From Actinomycetota bacterium (GTDB lineage Bacteria; Actinomycetota; Acidimicrobiia; Acidimicrobiales; AC-9), in assembly GCA_005888295.1 (NCBI GenBank), contig VAWP01000098.1, positions 2,747 through 66,746 on the forward strand: a DNA stretch of 64,000 nucleotides. The letters are read 5' to 3'. The translations under genes were made by a program, and so were the position numbers. Under the pieces are notes generated by a model. That model was not told the origin of the DNA. It made no database searches and saw nothing but the letters and a program-made list of their open reading frames with translations. Below, one piece after another: positions 57,039 through 64,000 of this stretch. The stretch's first letter is position 1. Each line of letters begins with the position of its first letter.

Positions 57039-59027
57039 ATGGTGCCTATGGCCGACAGACCGTGGGTGATGCGGACCTACTCGGGCCATTCCAGCGCCGA
57101 GGCGTCCAACGAGCTGTACCGGACCAACCTGGCCCGGGGCCAGACCGGCCTGTCGATCGCCTTCGACCTGCCGACCCAGATCGGCTACGACCCCGACTCT
57201 CCCGAGGCCGCGGGCGAGGTGGGCAAGGTGGGCGTACCCGTCGCCCACCTCGGTCACATGGCCCAGCTCATGGACGGCATCCCCATGGGCGAGATGAACA
57301 CCTCGATGACGATCAACGCCACCGCGGCCTGGCTGCTCGGCCTGTACATCGCCAACGCCGAGCGCACCGGCGTCGACCCCACGGCGCTCGCCGGCACCAC
57401 GCAGAACGACATCATCAAGGAGTACCTGTCCCGGGGGACGTTCATCTTCCCGCCCGAGGCGAGCCGTCGGCTCACCGTGGACACGATCGCCTATACGGTG
57501 CGGCACGCGCCGAAGTGGAACCCGATCAACGTCTGCAGCTACCACCTGCAAGAGGCCGGAGCCACCCCGGTGCAGGAGCTCGCCTACGCCCTGGCCACCG
57601 CCGTCGGTGTCCTCGACGCGGCGCGGGAGTCGGGCCAGGTGCCGGCCGAGGAGTTCCCCACTGTGGTGGGCCGTATCTCGTTCTTCGTGAACTCGGGCAT
57701 CCGCTTCGTCGAGGAGACCTGCAAGATGCGGGCCTTCGCCCGGCTCTGGGACGACATCTGCCGCCATCGCTACGGCGTCGAGGACCCCAAGCTGCGACGC
57801 CTACGCTACGGCGTCCAGGTGAACAGCCTCGGGTTGACCGAGAGCCAGCCCGAGAACAACGTGCAGCGCATCGTCCTCGAGACCCTCGGCATCACCTTGA
57901 GCAAAGACGCCCGGGCCCGTGCCATCCAGCTGCCGGCGTGGAACGAGGCACTCGGGCTCCCGCGGCCGTGGGACCAGCAGTGGTCGCTTCGGATCCAGCA
58001 GGTGCTCGCCTACGAGACGGATCTCCTCGAGCACGGGGACATCTTCGACGGCTCCCACGTGGTGGAGGCAAAGACGACCGAGCTGGCCGATGCGGCCAGG
58101 GCGGAGCTGGACGAGGTCATCGGCATGGGCGGCGCCTTCGAGGCCATCGACGAGCTCAAGGCCCGCCTGGTGCGCAGCCAGTCCGAGCGCACCCGTCGCA
58201 TCGAGACGGGCGAGCTCAAGGTGATCGGCGTCAATTGCTACACCGACACGGCACCGTCGCCGCTGAACCCGATCACCGAGGAGGAGGGGCTCGAGGGCAA
58301 CTTCCTCACCGTGGACCCGACTGTCGAAGCGAAGCTGCGCGACGACGTCGCCGCCTGGCGCCGGCAGCGTGAGCAGGCCGCCGTGCGCGGGGCGCTCGAC
58401 GACCTGCGCCGGGCGGCCGAGTCGGGCGAGAACGTGATGCCACCCACCATCGCCCTGGCCCACGCGGGGGGCACGACGGGTGAGTGGGCCGGCGCCCTGC
58501 GGCAGGTCTTCGGCGAGTACCGGGCGCCGACCGGCGTGGGCGGCGGCGTCGGACACCGCGGCAGCGAGATCGCCAGCGTGAAGGCGCGCGTGCGCGACCT
58601 ACCGGGCGGTCCCCCGCGCCTGCTCGTGGCCAAGCCCGGTCTGGACGGTCACTCCAACGGCGCCGAGCAGATCGCCGTCGCCGCCCGGGACGCCGGCTTC
58701 GAGGTCGTCTACCAGGGAATTCGCCTCACGCCGGCCCAGATCGCAGCCGCCGCCAGGGACGAGGACGTCGACGTCGTCGGGATCTCCATCCTGTCCGGCA
58801 GCCACCTCCAGCTCGTCCCCGAGGTGGTGCAGCTGCTGCGCGAGGACGGAGTGGACGCACCGGTGGTCGTCGGCGGCATCGTGCCGGCCGCCGACGTGAC
58901 CCGCCTGAAGGCGGTCGGCGTGGTCGCCATCTACACGCCGAAGGACTTCGAGATCACCCACCTGGTCGAGGAGCTGGCGGACTTGGCCGAGCGCCACCGC
59001 ACCGACCGAACCGTCACCTCGCGCTGA
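57039..59027 (+). CDS. meaA: B12-dependent acyl-CoA mutase, single-chain, ethylmalonyl-CoA mutase (MeaA/Ecm)-like
   Basis: PWVMRTYSGHSSAEASNELYRTNLARGQTGLSIAFDLPTQIGYD...TTQNDIIKEYLSRGTFIFPP (RTY.GHS signature rather than RQYAGF of MCM); C-terminal B12 domain KPGLDGHSNGAEQIAV...; start 57039 or 57048. Confidence 0.8.
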   Translation: MVPMADRPWVMRTYSGHSSAEASNELYRTNLARGQTGLSIAFDLPTQIGYDPDSPEAAGEVGKVGVPVAHLGHMAQLMDGIPMGEMNTSMTINATAAWLLGLYIANAERTGVDPTALAGTTQNDIIKEYLSRGTFIFPPEASRRLTVDTIAYTVRHAPKWNPINVCSYHLQEAGATPVQELAYALATAVGVLDAARESGQVPAEEFPTVVGRISFFVNSGIRFVEETCKMRAFARLWDDICRHRYGVEDPKLRRLRYGVQVNSLGLTESQPENNVQRIVLETLGITLSKDARARAIQLPAWNEALGLPRPWDQQWSLRIQQVLAYETDLLEHGDIFDGSHVVEAKTTELADAARAELDEVIGMGGAFEAIDELKARLVRSQSERTRRIETGELKVIGVNCYTDTAPSPLNPITEEEGLEGNFLTVDPTVEAKLRDDVAAWRRQREQAAVRGALDDLRRAAESGENVMPPTIALAHAGGTTGEWAGALRQVFGEYRAPTGVGGGVGHRGSEIASVKARVRDLPGGPPRLLVAKPGLDGHSNGAEQIAVAARDAGFEVVYQGIRLTPAQIAAAARDEDVDVVGISILSGSHLQLVPEVVQLLREDGVDAPVVVGGIVPAADVTRLKAVGVVAIYTPKDFEITHLVEELADLAERHRTDRTVTSR

Positions 59028-59051
59028 ACGACGCTGGCGCGCTCGAGGGGA

Positions 59052-59361
59052 GTGAGGGAGCGGCACCCGTCGCTGGCCGCCCTTCTGACGAAACGGCGAC
59101 CACCGCCGGCACCGCTCCCTTCTGGGCCCATCCGCTCGGGCGAAGGAAGCCGGGGATTGCCTCGGTTCCGCATTGCGTCGAAAACGGGTCCGATCGCCGC
59201 CGGCCTCCTGCCACTTTCGACGACAGGTGGAACCGGAGGAGTATGCCAACGGCGAGCCCTGGCGGAAACCGGCCTGTCACACAGGGTGAGCCGATCGAGC
59301 GCGTCGGCCCGATTTCGAAGAACGGGCCGACGATGCGACGGGCCGGATCACCCGCGCGAGC
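59052..59361. repeat. Modular intergenic repeat, copy B (modules 1, 2-like, 3, 2)
   Basis: 59052-59068 is identical to 12836-12852; 59178-59205 is module-2-like; 59210-59235 matches 12941-12966; 59314-59361 matches 12871-12920. Confidence 0.5.
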
Positions 59362-59376
59362 AAGGCGCAGAACGAC

Positions 59377-60432
59377 TCAGGTGCGCGGCCACACGGGGAA
59401 GCAGCGGTCGGACAGCTGGCCGAACGCGTACTGGGCGTAGAAGCCGCCGAACATCACCCGGGTGCCCTCGGACCAGGCCAGGGCCTCCGGGGTGGAGATC
59501 CGGCGGTGGATCTGGAGAGCTCCGCCCTCGAAGACCCGGTACTCGGCCCAGGTGCCGGGAAAGTCCTTGACGCAGGCAACCTCGGCGTAGGGGACCTCCC
59601 CGCTCGGCCCGAAGCGTCGGACCCTGTTGCGGTGGGTGTGGCCGGCGAAGTACCCGACCAGCGCGCGACGGCGGGCGACCACGTCGACGAGCGCCTCGGA
59701 GTCAGCGGGGTTGATGCCGAAGTACGTCTCCGGGCGGGACCGCGACGACGGGTCCCACGGGTGGTGGTGGCCGAACACGAGCACCAGTCGGTCGGCCCGC
59801 GCACCCAGCTCGTCGAGCCATTCGAGCTGGTCGGCGTCGACCCGGCCGCTCGCACGACCAGGGATCGTGGTGTCGAGCACGGCCAAGGTCACGCCTGGGA
59901 GCGTCAGCTCCACGGGCCCACCTGGGACGACGGAGAAGTCGGCGCTGGCGTCGTGGTTGCCTCGTATGTAGTGGAGCCGCTCGCCGAAGGTGGGCCGGTA
60001 ACAGGAGAGGAAGGCCTCGAGCTCCTCGACCGTGCCGTTGGCGGTCAGGTCACCCTTGGCCAGCACGACGTCCGGCTCGATGGCCGCGATCTCCCGGACA
60101 GCGGCCCGGTTCATCGTGTCGGGGTACGGCGCCTCCCCCGGGCCCACCCGCAGGACGGGCCCCGAGGTGTTGCCCTCGAGCACGCCGCACTCGACCTCGC
60201 CGAAATGCACGTCGTTGACGGTGGCCACGGTCGCTAGTCGCTCGCCTGGCGGCCGGGGCAGCGTCCGGAAGGCCACCCCCTCCACCTCGTGGTCGCGGCC
60301 GGGCTCGAGTCCGGTGCGCCGGACGGCCTGGGCCGGCTGACCTGGTGTCGCCGGCGCGTGCAGCACGACCTCGTCGTCGGCGACGGTCGTGAGCTCGATC
60401 GCCTGGACCGACCCGCCGACCAGGATGCTCAC
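59377..60432 (-). CDS. Calcineurin-like metallophosphoesterase
   Basis: GTGA overlap with the stop of the upstream small ORF; ...VATVNDVHFGE...VLAKGDLTANG...YIRGNHDA...VFGHHHP...FAGHTHRN. Confidence 0.7.
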   Translation of the reverse strand: MSILVGGSVQAIELTTVADDEVVLHAPATPGQPAQAVRRTGLEPGRDHEVEGVAFRTLPRPPGERLATVATVNDVHFGEVECGVLEGNTSGPVLRVGPGEAPYPDTMNRAAVREIAAIEPDVVLAKGDLTANGTVEELEAFLSCYRPTFGERLHYIRGNHDASADFSVVPGGPVELTLPGVTLAVLDTTIPGRASGRVDADQLEWLDELGARADRLVLVFGHHHPWDPSSRSRPETYFGINPADSEALVDVVARRRALVGYFAGHTHRNRVRRFGPSGEVPYAEVACVKDFPGTWAEYRVFEGGALQIHRRISTPEALAWSEGTRVMFGGFYAQYAFGQLSDRCFPVWPRT

Positions 60433-60665
60433 GGCTCGGCCCAGGGCCTGTCCCGCCTGAGCTGGGGTGGCTTGGACCACCAGCGCCCCGAGAAGCGCCA
60501 CGCCGGCGTGGCCGGGCGGGCCTCCCGCTTCGGAACGGACGGCACCGGACGCGGCCAGCACACCTCGACGGCGGCGGCGATGGCAGCGATCACCTCGGCG
60601 TCGTCCACGGGCCGGCCTCCCGGGCCCGACTCGTGCGCCTCCTCCTGGTCGTGCTGCGTGGCCAT
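60429..60665 (-). CDS. Small protein downstream of pccB, acyl-CoA carboxylase epsilon-subunit-like
   Basis: 78 aa, ...PVDDAEVIAAIAAAVEVCWPRP...WRFSGRWW...; assignment from position and general resemblance only. Confidence 0.45.
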   Translation of the reverse strand: MATQHDQEEAHESGPGGRPVDDAEVIAAIAAAVEVCWPRPVPSVPKREARPATPAWRFSGRWWSKPPQLRRDRPWAEP

Positions 60666-60670
60666 CTCCC

Positions 60671-62230
60671 TCAGAAGGGCATGTTGCCGTGCTTGCGCTT
60701 GGGCAGGTCCTCGCGCTTGCTGCGCAGCAGCTCGAGGCTCCTGACCAGCACCCGCCGGGTGTCAGCCGGATCGATCACGTCGTCCACGTACCCACGCTCG
60801 GCCGCGATGTAGGGGTTGGCATAGCGCTCGGTGTACTCCTCGACCAGTTCGCTGCGTCGGGACGTGGGGTCGGCGGCCTCCGCCAGCTCCCGGCGGTGCA
60901 CGATGTCGACCGCGCCCTGCGGGCCCATGACGGCCAGCTCGGCGGATGGCCAGGCGTAGGCGAGGTCGGCCCCGATGGACTTGGAGCTCATGACCACGTA
61001 GGCGCCGCCGTAGGCCTTGCGGGTGACGATCTGGATGAGCGGCACCGTCGCCTCGCAGTACGAGTAGAGCAGCTTGGCGCCGTGGCGGATGATGCCGCCG
61101 TGCTCCTGACCTGTCCCGGGCATGAAGCCCGGAACATCGACGAAGGTCACGATCGGGATGTTGAAGGCGTCGCAGGTGCGCACGAACCGACCGCCCTTGT
61201 CCGACGAGTCGATGTCGAGGACCCCGGCCAGCACCTGGGGCTGGTTTCCCACGATGCCGACGACGTTGCCGTCGATCCGGGCGAACCCACACGTGATGTT
61301 CATGGCCCAGTGCTGGGCGTACTCGAAGTACTCCCCCTCGTCGACGACGGCGGCGATCACGCGCTTCATGTCGTAGGGCTGGTTGGGACTGGTCGGCATG
61401 AGCTCGGACAGCTCGGGGGTGGAGCGGTCGGCCTCGTCGGCAGGATCGAGGCTCGGGGGCTCCTCGAGGTTGTTGGCGGGGAGGAAGCCGAGCAGGTAGC
61501 GCACCTCGTCCAGGCACGACTTCTCGTCGGCGGTCACGAAGGTGGCGACCCCGGACTTGGTGGCGTGGCTGGTTGCGCCGCCCAGTTGCTCGAGGGTGAC
61601 GTCCTCGCCGGTCACCGTCTTCACCACGTCCGGCCCGGTGATGAACATGTTGCTGATCTCGCGGACCATGAAGATGAAGTCGGTCATCGCCGGGCTGTAC
61701 ACGGCGCCGCCCGCGCACGGACCGAGGATGACGCTGATCTGGGGCACGACACCCGACGCGGTGACGTTGCGCAGGAAGATCCCGCCGTAGGCGGCGAGCG
61801 AGACGACACCCTCCTGGATGCGGGCTCCGGCGCCGTCGTTGAGGCCGATCATGGGGACGCCGACCGAGGCGGACAGGTCCATGATCTTGTGGATCTTCTC
61901 GGCGAAGACCTCGCCCAGGGCGCCGCCGAACACCGTGAAGTCCTGACTGAAGAGGCCGACCCGCCGTCCGTCGATGGTGCCGAAGCCGGTGATCACCCCG
62001 TCGGTGTACGGACGGTTGTCGTCGAGGCCCCCGCCGTGGGCCCGGTGCCGGGCCAGCATGTCGAGCTCCTGGAAGGAGCCCTCGTCGAGGAGGTACTCGA
62101 TCCGCTCTCGCGCCGTCATCTTGCCCTGGGCGTGCTGGCGCTCCACCGCCCGGGCCGATCCAGCGTGCCTGGCCTCCTCCCGGCGGGCGGCGAGCTCCTC
62201 CAGGCGCTGGGTCATCGAATGCTCAGCCAT
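60671..62230 (-). CDS. pccB: Propionyl-/acyl-CoA carboxylase beta subunit (carboxyltransferase)
   Basis: MAEHSMTQRLEELAARREEA...GKMTARERIEYLLDEGSF...GVITGFGTIDGR...GGARIQEG...; start 62230 (alternatives 62215/62269). Confidence 0.9.
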   Translation of the reverse strand: MAEHSMTQRLEELAARREEARHAGSARAVERQHAQGKMTARERIEYLLDEGSFQELDMLARHRAHGGGLDDNRPYTDGVITGFGTIDGRRVGLFSQDFTVFGGALGEVFAEKIHKIMDLSASVGVPMIGLNDGAGARIQEGVVSLAAYGGIFLRNVTASGVVPQISVILGPCAGGAVYSPAMTDFIFMVREISNMFITGPDVVKTVTGEDVTLEQLGGATSHATKSGVATFVTADEKSCLDEVRYLLGFLPANNLEEPPSLDPADEADRSTPELSELMPTSPNQPYDMKRVIAAVVDEGEYFEYAQHWAMNITCGFARIDGNVVGIVGNQPQVLAGVLDIDSSDKGGRFVRTCDAFNIPIVTFVDVPGFMPGTGQEHGGIIRHGAKLLYSYCEATVPLIQIVTRKAYGGAYVVMSSKSIGADLAYAWPSAELAVMGPQGAVDIVHRRELAEAADPTSRRSELVEEYTERYANPYIAAERGYVDDVIDPADTRRVLVRSLELLRSKREDLPKRKHGNMPF

Positions 62231-62351
62231 GTCGGGCAGGCTACAAGCGCGAGTCTGGGCCGTGCCCATCGAGCCGGCCCCGTCTTCCTGGCGGTTTCCG
62301 CGACCCGGAGCGGCGGCGCGCCGTCACCGCAGGGTCAGCAGGAGCGCGCTC

Positions 62352-62993
62352 ATGGACGATGTCGTCGCCGTCGGAGCCGACCTCGAGCCTGGCACCCTGC
62401 TGACTGGCTACCGCAGCGGGCTGTTCCCCATGCCACTCGACGCCCCGGGTGGCCGGTCCGTCATGGGCTGGTGGTCGCCGGACCCCAGGGCGATCCTCCC
62501 CCTGGACGGTCTGCATGTGAGCCGGTCGCTCGCCCGCTCGCGTCGCCGCTTCGAGGTGCGGGTGAACACCGCCTTCGCCGCCGTCAGTCGGGCCTGTGCG
62601 GATCCGGGCCGGCCTGGCCGGTGGATCACCGCCGACATCCTGGAGGCCTACGCCGCCCTGCACCGGCTCGGATGGGCACACAGCGTCGAGGCGTGGGCTC
62701 CCGGGGAGGGGCCCGGAGGAGTCGACCTTCTCGCCGGTGGCCTCTACGGCGTGGCCATCGGCGGTTTCTTCGCCGGTGAGTCGATGTTCCACCACCGCAG
62801 CGACGCCTCCAAGGTGGCGCTCGTGGCCCTGGTCGAGCGCCTGGTGGCCGGCGGGGCGACGCTGCTCGACGTGCAGTGGCGCACGCCCCACCTCGCCAGC
62901 CTGGGCGCCGTCGAGGTCAGCCGCGAGCGCTACCTGGACCTGCTGGCGGACGCCACCGCCCGGCCACTCCCACCGGCGTTCGGGGGACCGTAG
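62352..62993 (+). CDS. aat: Leucyl/phenylalanyl-tRNA--protein transferase
   Basis: ...LLTGYRSGLFPMPL...GWWSPDPRAILPLDGLHVSRSL...WITADILEAYAALHRLGWAHSVE...GGLYGVAIGGFFAGESMFH. Confidence 0.85.
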   Translation: MDDVVAVGADLEPGTLLTGYRSGLFPMPLDAPGGRSVMGWWSPDPRAILPLDGLHVSRSLARSRRRFEVRVNTAFAAVSRACADPGRPGRWITADILEAYAALHRLGWAHSVEAWAPGEGPGGVDLLAGGLYGVAIGGFFAGESMFHHRSDASKVALVALVERLVAGGATLLDVQWRTPHLASLGAVEVSRERYLDLLADATARPLPPAFGGP

Positions 62994-63884
62994 TCAGCGC
63001 CTCGACGCCAGCGACTCGGCCCGACGACGCAGGTCGTCGGCGTCCAGCCGTCGGCACAGCGCGCCGAAGTCCTCGGTCGGGCCCTGCCAGCGCAGGCTGT
63101 CCACCCCGTCGAGCAACGAGGGGTCGACCCGCAGGGTGGCCAGGTCTCGGAACAGCAGGGCCAGGTCGAACTGCGCCGCCAGCGTGCTGGCCAGGGCCGT
63201 GCCGCCGCGAACCGTGATGTCCCAGCGCAGCGCCAGCTCGGGCACGTCCTCGAGGTGGCCGTAGCGCGCCAGGACGGCAGCGGTGGACTTGGCTCCCCAT
63301 CCGGGCAGGCCCGGGTAGCCGTCGGACGAGTCCCCGACCAGCGCCAGGTAGTCGGGTATCGAGCTCGGGGGGACCCCGAACTTGGCCACGACGCCCGCCT
63401 CATCGGTCACGATCGGCCCGCTGTCCGCCCGCCGGCGGCGGTCGAGCTGCACGACCCGTCGGTCCACCACGCACTGGGCCAGGTCCTTGTCCGGGGTGCA
63501 GATGAGGACCTGCTCGACGTCAGTGTCGGTCGCCGCCGCGGCGGCCGCCGAGGCGAGGGCGTCGTCGGCCTCGACCTCGACCATCGGCCACACGACCACT
63601 CCGAGGGCAGCGACGGCGTCCTCCAGAAGCAGGAACTGGGCCAGCAGCTCGGGCGGCATGCCGGCGCTCGACTTGTAGGTCGGCCACATCTCGTTGCGGA
63701 ACGACTCGATGACGTGGTCCGTGGCCACGCCCACGTGGGTGGCCCCCTCCCCCAGCAGCCCGAGCAGGCTGGCGACGACCCCCCGCGTGGCGGCCACCTC
63801 CATGCCTGCGTCGTCGAGGTGGGACGGCTGGCCGAAGTGGTGCCGGAACAGCTCGTAGGTCCCATCCACGAGGTGGACTCTCAC
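62994..63884 (-). CDS. 5'-3' exonuclease / flap endonuclease (Pol I N-terminal-domain-like)
   Basis: MRVHLVDGTYELFRHHFG...VATDHVIESFRNEMWPTYK...EADDALAS...TPDKDLAQ...DYLALVGDSSDGYPGLPGWGAKSTA. Confidence 0.85.
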   Translation of the reverse strand: MRVHLVDGTYELFRHHFGQPSHLDDAGMEVAATRGVVASLLGLLGEGATHVGVATDHVIESFRNEMWPTYKSSAGMPPELLAQFLLLEDAVAALGVVVWPMVEVEADDALASAAAAAATDTDVEQVLICTPDKDLAQCVVDRRVVQLDRRRRADSGPIVTDEAGVVAKFGVPPSSIPDYLALVGDSSDGYPGLPGWGAKSTAAVLARYGHLEDVPELALRWDITVRGGTALASTLAAQFDLALLFRDLATLRVDPSLLDGVDSLRWQGPTEDFGALCRRLDADDLRRRAESLASRR

Positions 63885-63909
63885 GGGACTCCCGGTCGTC
63901 GCGGCCGCC

Positions 63910-64000
63910 TACTCCTGCACCAGCTCGATGAGGGTCCCGAAGGCGGCCTTGGGGTGCACGAAGGCCACCGTCGTGCCGCGCGACCCCGGTCTCGGCTCGC
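63910..64000 (-). CDS. C-terminal end of a VOC-family protein, methylmalonyl-CoA epimerase-like (N-terminus outside window)
   Basis: Own translation: ...GTTVAFVHPKAAFGTLIELVQE*; fits the epimerase C-terminus and the acyl-CoA context. Confidence 0.5.

Overview
High-GC (about 70%) actinobacterial chromosome segment, almost entirely coding. I found no rRNA, tRNA, CRISPR array or IS/transposase. Gene content in order: (1) the complex I operon nuoA-L on the minus strand (1-11412); (2) a geranylgeranyl-reductase-like flavoprotein; (3) a minus-strand rex/heme supra-operon, rex-sirC-hemA-hemC-cobA/hemD-hemB-hemL (12973-20309), preceded by an acyl-CoA ligase, a SAM hydrolase, a small HTH protein and proC; (4) an mshA-like gene, and a divergent Ni-SOD pair sodX/sodN; (5) small metabolic and regulatory genes, including two tandem LuxR-type response regulators; (6) an envelope/secreted-protein region (32.8-55.8 kb) with a beta-helix protein, an esterase, gmd, three tandem PIG-V-like GT-C membrane proteins, asd/ask, a roughly 1260-aa multidomain secreted protein and two LGFP-anchored wall hydrolases; (7) an acyl-CoA module (hbd, meaA-like B12 mutase, pccB, accE-like, mce). 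No defence-type or mobile system is visible. The most unusual part is the envelope region: the triplicated GT-C genes, the modular giant protein and the domain-swapped LGFP hydrolases. Second, several conserved genes carry frame lesions. nuoD and mshA appear to lack tens of nucleotides, and five other genes have single-nt shifts, three of them at C/G runs of 4-5 nt. This indicates either assembly errors or real gene decay. A modular intergenic repeat occurs at two convergent gene ends. Gene starts were chosen by eye from RBS, stop-start coupling or homology, and are less certain than stops.
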